From UHGV virus genome UHGV-0312038: a DNA stretch of 63,686 bases. One strand, written 5' to 3'. Position 1 is the first letter of the stretch. Each line of letters opens with the position of its first letter. The notes beneath the pieces were generated by a model, which saw only the letters and a list, made by a program, of their open reading frames with translations, did not search any database and had not been told where the DNA came from. Positions 31,203 through 40,650 of this stretch are shown piece after piece. The DNA comes from a virus. The position numbers were made by a program, and so were the translations under genes.

Positions 31203-31861
31203 TCCGTCTTGCCATTGAAATCACAGAAGCGGCAGAACCTGTTCCTGACTGGCAAGAAGCAGTTATCCCGTATGGCAGCTTTCATATCCCTCATGGTATC
31301 AACCACATCCTGTACAGGAAGAAGTCCACGGGACATATCAACGACACCCTCGACACGCTCCCCAATATCAACATACTCATATGAGTACCTGATGACATTC
31401 TTCCCATAAATGAGATGCACAAGCAGGGCTTCAACCCGAAGCTGGAAGTCTTCCGTATCCCATTTCTTCCCCGTCTTAATGTCAATAAGCCACGGGTCTC
31501 CCTCATCAGGAATGATAAGCGTGTCTGCCTTTGCCCTGAGAAGAGCATGGGCATCCCACCAGTCAGTGGACGGCTTGAACTTGTCCGTAACGACAAGCTC
31601 TTTCTCTATGAAGAGCTCGCCTTTTATGCTTCTCACTGTGTCAATAAGACCAGATACATAAGCGGTATCAAGTTTGTCATCCCAGTGCGCCACAGCCTGA
31701 TGACCTTTACGGAAAGCCTTTTCAATATCCCCATGGACCATTGTACCACGGGACTTCTGAGTACTTGCCTTCCACTTGATTTCTTTCGTGATGGACTGTG
31801 CCTGAAACCTGCGGGGGCAGGTACGGAACGAGATCATGTTACTTGGGGAAAAAACAAACAT
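31187..31861 (-). CDS. Cas4/RecB-like PD-(D/E)xK exonuclease with 4-Cys cluster
   Basis: N-terminal Cys (RTCPRRF), core IDIKTGK, and C-terminal CFLPVRNRFCRFCDFNGKTEC. Confidence 0.65.
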   Translation of the reverse strand: MFVFSPSNMISFRTCPRRFQAQSITKEIKWKASTQKSRGTMVHGDIEKAFRKGHQAVAHWDDKLDTAYVSGLIDTVRSIKGELFIEKELVVTDKFKPSTDWWDAHALLRAKADTLIIPDEGDPWLIDIKTGKKWDTEDFQLRVEALLVHLIYGKNVIRYSYEYVDIGERVEGVVDMSRGLLPVQDVVDTMRDMKAAIRDNCFLPVRNRFCRFCDFNGKTECGLK

Positions 31862-31869
31862 CTTGCCTC

Positions 31870-34800
31870 CTAAGCTATGCAGTAATCCTTCCCTATCTCA
31901 GCTTCACATGCGACGGGAAAATCCCCCAGCCAATCCGGTACACTGGACATACAGGACTCCATTACGGACTTCGTATGCTCTGCTTCGTCTTCCGGACAAA
32001 TGGCAAGGAATGAGTCGTGGATATTGGCGATAAGCCGTATCCCCTGTTCTGTCATACGACAAGCCTGCCATTGCAGCAAGGCAAAAGCAAGATACTGACA
32101 CAGATTTTCCGCAAGCGCCCCGCCGTATATCTTTGTCTTCAGCTCCGACTTCCCCTTCACTCTGGTATAATAATACTCCTCCCTGTTGTTCTTCTCAGAC
32201 ACCTCACAGGAAAGTTTGAAATACCTCAGAGTATAATTATTCGGTCCAATGATAGTAGGTACATCGTCCCTCCCGCATATAGGGGCTACGCTGTACTGGA
32301 AGATATTATCATTGGGGCCGCCGAACTCTCCGGAGTACCCAAGGTACATCGCCTTAATGACCGTCTGACACGTATCCCAGAAAGCCACGATGTTCGGATT
32401 ACTGGCACGGTAAACATTGTGAGCATGATGGGCCATCTCATAATGCTGGTCAATGTCACTGCTCAGACGCACACCCTGACGGAGCAAAGTATCCGCGTAC
32501 TTCCTCCAACTAACACCATAGCCGCAATTATGAACTACAAGTGCGCCATGTTTGGTTCGTATGGTAAACCTATGATTCGGCCCCGCATTCAAGAGATCGT
32601 ATACGAGCTCTGAGTTTTTCAACCTCGGCTTGCAGTTCACTGACACGCCGCCTATTGTAGTTATTCTGAGACTTTGTAACAAACCGGAGATTACCCACTT
32701 CGTAGTTGCCATTATTGTCGATACGGTCAAGGTCGAAGTCCGGATTATCCCAGCCATCCAGTGATACAAGGTAGGCAAGAAACGCTCTACGGTCAGCAAA
32801 CTTGCATTGGATTCCACGCCCCCCGTAGTCTTTATATCTTCTACAGTGGGGGTTGTTACAACGCTGCTCAACAGCGGCAATTCTATTGAGCAAGCGTCTC
32901 CTGTGCGCAGGTTCCGGGCAAACGTCCGCGTAAGAGGAGTATAACTTAACATAGCTTTGTGATGACTTCTTCTTGGCGCAGGTGTTACACCGTGTAGTCC
33001 GTCCATTGTGGAGGTTGCTGAACAAGACCCAGTATGGTTCTGCCCCACAGGAACACTGCACCAGAACCATTCTTTCAATACGTTTCGTACCATGTACTCG
33101 TAATCTTGCGGAACGAATGACAGTGAGCTCACCAATCTTTGCACCCGGCTCATAATCTGCATAACGTGGCCTGAAAAACTTGAGATGGCTGGGGTCCCTA
33201 ACGGAGCAATGCTGGCAGGCATCAGTCGGGATTCTCCGTAAAGAGTAGATGCTAATCCATCGTAAAGCTCCACACTTGGAGCATTCGCATAAGTATCGCC
33301 CCCGTCCCCTATCATCGAACGCCATATCTCTAATGATGCGGCCCCTGTACAGAGTGCCCGGCTCAAGTATGAGCGTGTCTGAACGCACTCGCTTGCCTGC
33401 TTCCATGAAGAACCGCTTAAGATCATATGGTCTGGGGTCATCCTTACTCCATCCACATCTATTGTGTTCTTCTCGCCATTGCATATAAGTCCTTGATGAG
33501 TTACCCATTGTACACCATCCCACAATTTATCATCTTTCGACACCATAACTATGGGCTTCCACCCATTATTTGTCAATACCTCCGTATCACCTGCAAGGCA
33601 GGAAAGAATACCAGTTTTGCCAACGTTCCTGTACGCTTTCAGTTTCTTGTCTCCGGACTTAGCGCCCTTATGAATCTTCTCACTCGGAATCTGGAAAATC
33701 TTTTCAGCAAGGTCAGCGTAAGGGTCAGCCCCTCTCCTGAACGCGTCAACCAGCTCAGTCTCGTTAGCGACATAAGCAAGAATGCGCGCTTCAATCTGGC
33801 TTGAGTCGCAGGCCACAAGAGACATCCCCTCCGGTGCCTGTACTGCTTTCCTCAAAGTAAGCTGACTCGGGTCACGCTTGCTCAGGTTCTGAAGATTGAG
33901 CTTGTCACTGCTCCCCTCGGAGTTGCCAGCCGTATAACGTGACGTGTGAGCCTTGAACGCATTGAGCATAACGGGCATCGCCCTGCCGCTTTTAGCCAGA
34001 GCATGGAACGTCTCAGCCCTTGACCTCTGGATACTGGAGTTGTTCTCCAGTCTCGTCCGGACAAGAAGAGCCACGCACTCATCAGCGTCAGAAGCCATGG
34101 CCACGAAATCCAAATCAGACTTAGCCAGAGCCGGAGTATAAACCGCGTAATCCTCTTCGCTAAGATTAGTCTTCCCCTCGGCTTCCAGCTTTTTCCGCTT
34201 CGTCTCTGACTTCGCCACGCTGTATTTCATCGGCGGCTTGCGCCCGAGAAGCTCAAGCATCTTAACGAAAGAGGCGGAAGAACGAATCGCCTTCAGGAAG
34301 TCCTCATCCGATTTGAACATGAACATCCTGTTAATATCATTACGCGCCTTAGTGACCTTATCTGAAAGCTCGTTCAGGTACGCGGTAAGCATATCATCAT
34401 CAAGCCTGAGTACAGGATTGCATGCCATCTTGGCAGTTATAGAACTGAAGAGCAGGGCATCAGCAGTCACGAAAGGAAGCATGGCTTTAAAGCTCAGGAA
34501 ACATTGCTCCGTATCATTGCGGCAGTACTGGATGAATGCTGTACGTTCGTCAGGCGTGAAATCGTCCGGCCACTTCCGGCCGTCTGAAATCACCGTACCT
34601 TCCACCTTCTCGCCACACTGGAAAAATTTTGCCATGGATTTCAGTGACTCATTCTGGATTCGTGATACCCCTGTCCACCGTTCCATGCACATGGTATCTA
34701 TAGCAATCCTCGGAACCACATGGTAAATCTCGGAAAGAATAAGGAAGTCAAACCCATTCCCATTGTGGGCAACAGTCACCACGTCCGGGGCATCGAGCTT

Positions 34801-35004
34801 AAGAGCAGCAAGCACGGCGGGGATATTATCGTGTTCCGCTACCCGTACCTTATCGTATGTCATCGTACTGGCATCCGTGACAATATAACTCATGAGCTGA
34901 GCGGAAAACCTGCTGTCCCTGATATATGATATGGGGCCGATTTTTGACAGTGTATAATTTTTACTGTCCCAGTACGTCTCAAAGTCCAGTACAACAATTC
35001 TCAC
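31870..35004 (-). CDS. family-A DNA polymerase with 3'-5' exonuclease domain, interrupted by an intein (precursor 1044 aa)
   Basis: Exo I motif VLDFETY. Motif A LVACDSSQIEARILAY. Motif B KAYRNVGKTGILS / CGYGVSWRKYA split by the intein. Motif C IANIHDS. Confidence 0.8.
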   Translation of the reverse strand: MRIVVLDFETYWDSKNYTLSKIGPISYIRDSRFSAQLMSYIVTDASTMTYDKVRVAEHDNIPAVLAALKLDAPDVVTVAHNGNGFDFLILSEIYHVVPRIAIDTMCMERWTGVSRIQNESLKSMAKFFQCGEKVEGTVISDGRKWPDDFTPDERTAFIQYCRNDTEQCFLSFKAMLPFVTADALLFSSITAKMACNPVLRLDDDMLTAYLNELSDKVTKARNDINRMFMFKSDEDFLKAIRSSASFVKMLELLGRKPPMKYSVAKSETKRKKLEAEGKTNLSEEDYAVYTPALAKSDLDFVAMASDADECVALLVRTRLENNSSIQRSRAETFHALAKSGRAMPVMLNAFKAHTSRYTAGNSEGSSDKLNLQNLSKRDPSQLTLRKAVQAPEGMSLVACDSSQIEARILAYVANETELVDAFRRGADPYADLAEKIFQIPSEKIHKGAKSGDKKLKAYRNVGKTGILSCLAGDTEVLTNNGWKPIVMVSKDDKLWDGVQWVTHQGLICNGEKNTIDVDGVRMTPDHMILSGSSWKQASECVQTRSYLSRALCTGAASLEIWRSMIGDGGDTYANAPSVELYDGLASTLYGESRLMPASIAPLGTPAISSFSGHVMQIMSRVQRLVSSLSFVPQDYEYMVRNVLKEWFWCSVPVGQNHTGSCSATSTMDGLHGVTPAPRRSHHKAMLSYTPLTRTFARNLRTGDACSIELPLLSSVVTTPTVEDIKTTGGVESNASLLTVERFLPTLYHWMAGIIRTSTLTVSTIMATTKWVISGLLQSLRITTIGGVSVNCKPRLKNSELVYDLLNAGPNHRFTIRTKHGALVVHNCGYGVSWRKYADTLLRQGVRLSSDIDQHYEMAHHAHNVYRASNPNIVAFWDTCQTVIKAMYLGYSGEFGGPNDNIFQYSVAPICGRDDVPTIIGPNNYTLRYFKLSCEVSEKNNREEYYYTRVKGKSELKTKIYGGALAENLCQYLAFALLQWQACRMTEQGIRLIANIHDSFLAICPEDEAEHTKSVMESCMSSVPDWLGDFPVACEAEIGKDYCIA
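32527..33600 (-). mobile_element. class-1 intein (358 codons) inserted in polymerase motif B
   Basis: N-terminal CLAGDTEVLT (block A), TPDH (block B). C-terminal VYDLL...ALVVHN followed by +1 Cys. The flanks rejoin into a canonical motif B. Confidence 0.65.
32570..33523 (-). CDS. HNH homing endonuclease encoded out of frame inside the intein
   Basis: 317 aa in a different frame from the polymerase. Several CxxC zinc knuckles and DRIDNNGNYEVGNLRFVTKSQNNYNRR (HNH_3-type signature). Confidence 0.7.
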   Translation of the reverse strand: MGWCTMGNSSRTYMQWREEHNRCGWSKDDPRPYDLKRFFMEAGKRVRSDTLILEPGTLYRGRIIRDMAFDDRGRGRYLCECSKCGALRWISIYSLRRIPTDACQHCSVRDPSHLKFFRPRYADYEPGAKIGELTVIRSARLRVHGTKRIERMVLVQCSCGAEPYWVLFSNLHNGRTTRCNTCAKKKSSQSYVKLYSSYADVCPEPAHRRRLLNRIAAVEQRCNNPHCRRYKDYGGRGIQCKFADRRAFLAYLVSLDGWDNPDFDLDRIDNNGNYEVGNLRFVTKSQNNYNRRRVSELQAEVEKLRARIRSLECGAES

Positions 35005-35058
35005 GGCGTCTCCTCCAAGCCGGTTAAGCAGCGATGCTTAACCGGCTTATATTATAAT

Positions 35059-35292
35059 CTAGTCATTACTATCCGGGACTTCTTCCTTACGGGGACGTCC
35101 GCGTCTCCGCTTCTCCTGCATATGCACAAGCGTTGACTCAAGCATGTTCAGGCGTTCCACATGGTCATCAAGTTCGGCCACCATATCCTGTATCTGCTGA
35201 AGAATATCAGCATCGCTTTTCTTGAGCGCGTTCATTCCTGAAATGATGCGGGGAAGAACCACAGTCATCATCTGTTCCTGAAATGTTGCCAT
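35059..35292 (-). CDS. small protein with basic RRRGRPRK tail
   Basis: 77 aa. Confidence 0.4.
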   Translation of the reverse strand: MATFQEQMMTVVLPRIISGMNALKKSDADILQQIQDMVAELDDHVERLNMLESTLVHMQEKRRRGRPRKEEVPDSND

Positions 35293-35294
35293 AA

Positions 35295-35936
35295 TTACAC
35301 CTCCTTAAAAATAGCCTGAAGACAACTCGGCGTACTTTTGCGTACCGTCTCACAGAACTGACACCATTCAGGCAGACGGTGATGTTTCCTCTGCCTGTAG
35401 ATGTTCTTCAGAACAGCGTAGTTTGCCGTCCACATCCGCCGCTGGAGCCAGCCTGATGGAAGAATATTTTTAAGCATCATGAAATCCACATCACTATGAG
35501 AAACCCTGTATCTGTTGAGTACAATATTTAACTCATTAAGGATTCCATCCGGAATATTACGCTCAAACATATCCTGAGTAATCTTGGGTACAGAGCCAAG
35601 GCTGTGCATGGTACTCTCACTCTGAGCCGTAGTACCAACCTTATAAGTATCCATCTCGGACCACCAGTACAGGGGAGCCTGTATGTTATAGCACACGGGA
35701 ATCTGACGGAGGAACTTGTCCTCACCATTGCCAATACCCGCGAGCCTGTCCATCACACTCGCTAGTCTTTTATCCAATTCCCCGGAAATATCGTCTATAT
35801 TTTTCCCGGACGTCAGCCCATATGACAAACCCAGTCCGTATTGTGCGTAACGCATCCAATACTGACCATAATCGATAACATCAATCTGCACTTTTCCTCT
35901 CCTTTCCCAGCCGGTAACTTGCTGACGCAATGTCAT
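35295..35936 (-). CDS. ThyX-like (flavin-dependent thymidylate synthase family) protein; RHR signature not evident
   Basis: C-terminal ILPSGWLQRRMWTANYAVLKNIYRQR...EW resembles ThyX (VLP...TMNAREL.HF..LR...QWEI). The RHR-x7-S motif is not seen. Confidence 0.4.
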   Translation of the reverse strand: MTLRQQVTGWERRGKVQIDVIDYGQYWMRYAQYGLGLSYGLTSGKNIDDISGELDKRLASVMDRLAGIGNGEDKFLRQIPVCYNIQAPLYWWSEMDTYKVGTTAQSESTMHSLGSVPKITQDMFERNIPDGILNELNIVLNRYRVSHSDVDFMMLKNILPSGWLQRRMWTANYAVLKNIYRQRKHHRLPEWCQFCETVRKSTPSCLQAIFKEV

Positions 35937-36606
35937 ACCCTACGAACATCCGCTTGGGAAGCCAGCGTCCGCATTCATACCGTGCCATACAGCGCATGAG
36001 TTCCGGAAGCCTCTCCAATACATGGAACGGTTCGTTTACCCCGAGCTTCATCTGATGCGACAGGAAGACAGTATAGTCTTTCTGGTCTGATGTCGAGAAT
36101 CTTTTTACTATTTTTGCCAGTGTGTCTTTGTCATGCCTGATATAGTATGCCGTTAATATGTGGGCGGCGGCACGTATGCCGTACTCAGGCGAAGAGAAAA
36201 TGACAAACCCTCTTCTGTCCACACCAACCTGCCCTTTCCATTTCTGCCCGCCCGGCAGAGCTTTGATGTTCAGGAAGTTGACGTTCTTATCAGCCAGCTT
36301 GTTGTCAGGTTTGAGCCCGTCATGCTTAGCGATATAAACAGGGACTTCCTTAATCTCAGTATGGATGCGCTCCACGACAACGGGCTTTCTCGCTTCCGCA
36401 ACAGATGAGTCCTGTACCATTATGGCTATGATACAGATTGTCAGAACAAAAGCCAGAAGCCCGAGTTCACAGGCCACCTCCAGTTTGGTAAGCGGCATCT
36501 TAAGGTCTGCAATAAACTCTTTAATCATTCTCATCATCGCACTCCTCCCACTCACCGTTGTTATTCTTACGGACTTCGACAAGCAGATCGAACGGGTCAA
36601 ACTCAT
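35881..36606 (-). CDS. membrane-anchored hypothetical protein
   Basis: 241 aa. N-terminal transmembrane segment LLAFVLTICIIAIMV. Confidence 0.45.
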   Translation of the reverse strand: MSLTRSICLSKSVRITTVSGRSAMMRMIKEFIADLKMPLTKLEVACELGLLAFVLTICIIAIMVQDSSVAEARKPVVVERIHTEIKEVPVYIAKHDGLKPDNKLADKNVNFLNIKALPGGQKWKGQVGVDRRGFVIFSSPEYGIRAAAHILTAYYIRHDKDTLAKIVKRFSTSDQKDYTVFLSHQMKLGVNEPFHVLERLPELMRCMARYECGRWLPKRMFVGYDIASASYRLGKERKSAD

Positions 36607-36730
36607 CCGACCCCCACTCTTCCTCTGACATACTGCGCCAGTCTCTGACCCAGTTTTCCTCCGTGTCGATGGAACCCGTGGCCGTGTTCATAAGATACTT
36701 TTTCATATCGTTTGCCTCCTTTTGTTTCAC
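36521..36730 (-). CDS. small highly acidic protein
   Basis: 69 aa. D/E-rich (EEEWGSDEFDPFDLL...EWEECDDEND). Confidence 0.35.
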   Translation of the reverse strand: MKQKEANDMKKYLMNTATGSIDTEENWVRDWRSMSEEEWGSDEFDPFDLLVEVRKNNNGEWEECDDEND

Positions 36731-36780
36731 TTATTTCATATCCCGTTAGGTGTCAACACCTAACGGGATATTTATTTACT

Positions 36781-38511
36781 TTAGATACGCAGAGCTTCCC
36801 CAAGCAAACCAAGCAGAGCCGCCGGAATCGCACTGTTCTGACGAACTTCTCTGAAATGCTTCCTGCCCATGACGCCACCGATATAACTACCGCTGTCTCC
36901 AATGCCGAGGCCATACACCTCAACGGCATTTTGTTCCGCCCTGTCCAGAGCAGAAGACAGAATAGGCAGGTCATCAGCCATGCCGTCAGTCAGTATGATA
37001 ACAACATGACGACGTGCCTTCTCCGTGAAGCAGTCCAGTACACGCATCAGCGCGCTACCGAGGAATGTGCCGCCGTTCGCCTCCATCCTTGCCAGTCGTA
37101 CCGGAGGCACCGAAGTATGCATATCTTTTACTGACTCCATAGTCGAGTTGAAAGACATGATACCCACAGCACAGCCACGGATATTCTGTGTGGCCTTCAC
37201 GATAGCATACACGGTCTGGTTAACCGTAGAGATACTGTCCCCGTACATTGACCCGGACGTATCCACAAGACATATGATTTCCACATCCGGAGTCCGTCCC
37301 GGTATATCATGACGGAAAATACGGGCATCACCGACAGCGGGACGATACAGCCTATGGTTATCAATCCTTGTTCCTACTGACCCAGTGCCACGTTTGACAA
37401 GAGAACGGGTCTGAAGAACGGACGACATCCGGCTGGCAAGCTGGACAGCCATTCTGTCACCGAAGACAATATCATCCTGCGACAGCGGATTACAACCAGC
37501 AGCCTTTCTTATAGTCATACTACGACATCCCGTATATTTATAGACGTCATTACTTGGAGCAATCTGGTTAGCGATAGCCTTACCAATATCAAGCTTACGC
37601 TGTATGTCCTCCACTCCAGAACTATAATAGCCATGACCAGCGTTAATACTCGCGGCCATATCCTTCTTCATTATCTCCCACATTTCTCCGGGGGTTATAT
37701 TATCGCTGCCAACCTGCTCTTTTGCTATCTTGTTGATGGCCTTATCAAGCTTCTTCTTTAACGAAGCGGCATACTTCTGCTCTGCCTTAGTGAGCGGTTT
37801 ATGACCAGACTGACTGTCCTGACCCTGACCAGACTGACTGTCCTGACCCTGACTATCCTGCTGACTCTGCTTCTCGCCATACTCCTGCTTATAGGCAGAA
37901 AGAATAAGAGCCTCCATTTCTTCAGCAAGGGACAGGCACTCATCTGAGTTTTTCGTCACAGCCGAACGGGCTATAAGCTTATCAAGTTCAGGAAGAATAC
38001 TGGGCCACGGGAACGCGTCCCGCAGAACCGCCGCCTCCGGTCTGAGTTCCTGTACGGGAATACTCCTGCACCCATACAGGATATAACTCAGTGCCTGTTC
38101 AAGCACAGGCTCACTGGTAGTGGGCTCTATCTTCCCACGGAACAGTATGATAGCAATACGCCGTAAGTTCTGCCCGCACCCCCTGAACGCCGCAGACATA
38201 CGGCGTTCTATATACACATCCTCGCAGATGTTCCAGAGAGTCTTCACAAGATAGGCTTGCTGCACTCTGACGTTAGTAAATATTTTTCTGTTCGTATACC
38301 GGACATGCCCAGCCTCATGGTCAATATACCCACGAAGCAGCACCTCCTGACCACGCTCAGCAGTGACAAGCGGCAGATTAATTATAGGACTCTTACCGCT
38401 GTAATCTGTAAAGGCACCTGTGCCTGACACCTGTACCTTAACGCCGTATCTTACCCCCAACATGGACGCAAGCTTTGACATTGATGTTATAAAAAGGCCA
38501 TTCTCTGACAT
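36781..38511 (-). CDS. vWA-domain protein with N-terminal HExxH (zincin-like) motif. CobT/NorD-like partner of the AAA+ ATPase.
   Basis: C-terminal vWA with MIDAS motifs (LVDTSGSM, GGTFLGSA, ILTDGMADD). N-terminal HEAGH with a downstream Glu (NICEDVY). Q/S/G-rich linker. 576 aa. Confidence 0.65.
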   Translation of the reverse strand: MSENGLFITSMSKLASMLGVRYGVKVQVSGTGAFTDYSGKSPIINLPLVTAERGQEVLLRGYIDHEAGHVRYTNRKIFTNVRVQQAYLVKTLWNICEDVYIERRMSAAFRGCGQNLRRIAIILFRGKIEPTTSEPVLEQALSYILYGCRSIPVQELRPEAAVLRDAFPWPSILPELDKLIARSAVTKNSDECLSLAEEMEALILSAYKQEYGEKQSQQDSQGQDSQSGQGQDSQSGHKPLTKAEQKYAASLKKKLDKAINKIAKEQVGSDNITPGEMWEIMKKDMAASINAGHGYYSSGVEDIQRKLDIGKAIANQIAPSNDVYKYTGCRSMTIRKAAGCNPLSQDDIVFGDRMAVQLASRMSSVLQTRSLVKRGTGSVGTRIDNHRLYRPAVGDARIFRHDIPGRTPDVEIICLVDTSGSMYGDSISTVNQTVYAIVKATQNIRGCAVGIMSFNSTMESVKDMHTSVPPVRLARMEANGGTFLGSALMRVLDCFTEKARRHVVIILTDGMADDLPILSSALDRAEQNAVEVYGLGIGDSGSYIGGVMGRKHFREVRQNSAIPAALLGLLGEALRI

Positions 38512-38522
38512 GATACACCTCC

Positions 38523-39614
38523 TTAAAACTCCTCCTCATCGTCATCGTAGCCCAAAATAATGGGCTGGTTTCGCCCAGGTTCCTGTACAGACTCAGGTTC
38601 GGGTTCGGGTTCGGGTTCCTTCTTACCAAGCTTCTCCTGAAGCTCTGCAAGCAGACGCTCAAGCTCAGTCCGCCTGTCTTCCACAGGTTCCGGTTCAGGT
38701 TCCTTCACAGGTTCCGGTTCAGGTTCCTTCACAGGTTCCTGTACAGGTTCCTTCACAGGTTCCTGTACAGGGACAGGGACAGACATGACCCCGCCAGAAG
38801 AAAGGAACGTATCCAATGACGCAGGGTCAGACATAACATTAAGCAAACTCTTAAGGTCATTAATCCCCTCGTTGCTGTTACGCGCCTTCTTCACAGCGTC
38901 ATCCAGAGCGGCAATGACAGGCCCCACAAGGGGAAGTGTAATCCTGTACCCCTCAAGCTTCCCCCGCAGGGACTCCATGCCCTTAAGCTTGAAGCCAAAC
39001 ACGCTGGACTTCGGCTCAATAATCTCATACTGCCGCTTGGCAAGAGCGGCAATCTCATCAGTGAACGCGCTGGACAGCACCCTGCCAAGCGGCGCACTGC
39101 CGTTGTTACATGCCTCCGGGTCAAGAGCGTACTCGTACCAGTCATACGAGTACCGGGAAGCAATGTCCCCAGCCGTAGGAATGGCGGAAGAGATAGCGAA
39201 CTTCCACTTGTCTGGCGTCTGTGCCAGCCACTCCTCAACAGCCTTGGGAAGACCGCTGAGAATAGCCCTGACAGCCGCTTCAAAGTCAGTCTTGTCCGCA
39301 TGCAGGAAATCCTCCACCTCCTGTATACGAACCTTAGGAATCAGGAACCCGCCGAGGAAGTGCGTCCCGACACGCACAAGGCTGTTCCATGTACGTGAGC
39401 GTATAATCCCAGGCTCACGCAGATAGTCCTTAGGCAGGAGCTGTTTGCTCCCGAGCTTCGCCAGATAGTCTGGCGGCAGATTCTTCTGTACTTCCGGGGG
39501 GAAGTCGCCCGCAGTAAGCTTTGACATGCCTGTCCAGACCTTAATCTCAGGCATGATAATCACAGAAGAAGAGACAACATCTTTAATATTTACAATCATT
39601 TTAAACCTCCACAC
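38523..39614 (-). CDS. acidic-repeat protein encoded between the AAA+ and vWA genes
   Basis: 363 aa. PVQEPVKEPEPEP repeats and a DDDEEEF C-terminus. Confidence 0.5.
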   Translation of the reverse strand: MWRFKMIVNIKDVVSSSVIIMPEIKVWTGMSKLTAGDFPPEVQKNLPPDYLAKLGSKQLLPKDYLREPGIIRSRTWNSLVRVGTHFLGGFLIPKVRIQEVEDFLHADKTDFEAAVRAILSGLPKAVEEWLAQTPDKWKFAISSAIPTAGDIASRYSYDWYEYALDPEACNNGSAPLGRVLSSAFTDEIAALAKRQYEIIEPKSSVFGFKLKGMESLRGKLEGYRITLPLVGPVIAALDDAVKKARNSNEGINDLKSLLNVMSDPASLDTFLSSGGVMSVPVPVQEPVKEPVQEPVKEPEPEPVKEPEPEPVEDRRTELERLLAELQEKLGKKEPEPEPEPESVQEPGRNQPIILGYDDDEEEF

Positions 39615-40633
39615 TACTCAAGCACGTCATCATCAGAGCCAGACCCGGACTTACCATCCGCCGTGCCCATAACGTCTTCACCAAATATACGGGACGCCAT
39701 CTCCAGTATGGCAACCCTGTCTGACACGGAGCACGAGTTCAGTAACGCGATGTCCAGCCCGGTACGGAGAGGACTGGGGCCGTTCGGGTCAGCCATGGAT
39801 GACACGGCATTTGTCCATTCGGCCCATTGCACGAGTGTTCTCGTGCTGAATGTCTTGGCAACGGGCACGCCTTCCCCCGTACCGACATTCGCCGCCCTTA
39901 CCGATGCCGCAAGGGAGACCATATTCCCGACAACATCGTCCGGAATACTGCCCTTATGGTGGGAAACAATAGATACTTCTGTATCCTCATCGAGATACCC
40001 GGCCTTAATGACCGAGAACCGGTCAATCAACGCCATGTTCTGAACGAGTACTCCGGTATACATACCGGAGTCATCACCGCCGCCATTACTGTTAGCCGTG
40101 GCGATGAACCGGAACCGCTTGTGCGGACGGATAATCTCACCCCCATTCTCAGGGATAATGAGAGGCGACCCATCTAATATAGTGTTAAGCCCCACCGCAA
40201 TAGAGGGGTCTAACAAATCAATCTCGTTGAGCAGGAACAGCCCGCCGTCTCTCATCGCGAGAGACAGAGGCCCGTACTGGAAAGACATACTCCCATCTTT
40301 CATCATGGACAGATGCCCGATAAGGTCAGCCATTTCAAGGCGCCCGTGAGCGGTACACTCATACACGGGCCAATTAGCCCTTGCCGCCACCTGCCTGATG
40401 GCGGACGTCTTGCCACATCCGGAGGGGCCAGTAACGTACAACGCTCCTAACCGGGCACTGAAACGGAGCCACTGTGCAAAGTATTTCTTCGCCCAATCGG
40501 GCAGAACGTAATCCTGCCTGACCTCGGGCGTATAATCCCCCGGCTTGTCATACCCGGGGAACTTCTGACCGTTAGGCTGACCATTCAGCACAAAACCCAT
40601 ATCCAAATAACAGGCGCGAACTTCATTAGTCAT
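39614..40633 (-). CDS. MoxR/CobS-type AAA+ ATPase (AAA_5 class)
   Basis: Walker A GPSGCGKTS. Walker B-like LFLLNEIDLL (Asn in place of the Walker B Asp, Glu retained). RFRFIATANS. 339 aa. Confidence 0.75.
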   Translation of the reverse strand: MTNEVRACYLDMGFVLNGQPNGQKFPGYDKPGDYTPEVRQDYVLPDWAKKYFAQWLRFSARLGALYVTGPSGCGKTSAIRQVAARANWPVYECTAHGRLEMADLIGHLSMMKDGSMSFQYGPLSLAMRDGGLFLLNEIDLLDPSIAVGLNTILDGSPLIIPENGGEIIRPHKRFRFIATANSNGGGDDSGMYTGVLVQNMALIDRFSVIKAGYLDEDTEVSIVSHHKGSIPDDVVGNMVSLAASVRAANVGTGEGVPVAKTFSTRTLVQWAEWTNAVSSMADPNGPSPLRTGLDIALLNSCSVSDRVAILEMASRIFGEDVMGTADGKSGSGSDDDVLE

Positions 40634-40650
40634 TTTACTTACCTCTTAAT

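Noticed and set aside
32017-32613. 198-aa plus-strand ORF inside the polymerase/intein region
   Set aside because: Antisense to the polymerase. No ribosome-binding site. Hydrophobic junk.
35881-36606. Considered calling the 241-aa membrane protein an endolysin or transglycosylase
   Set aside because: Only vague resemblance. No catalytic signature that I can defend. Left as a hypothetical membrane-anchored protein.
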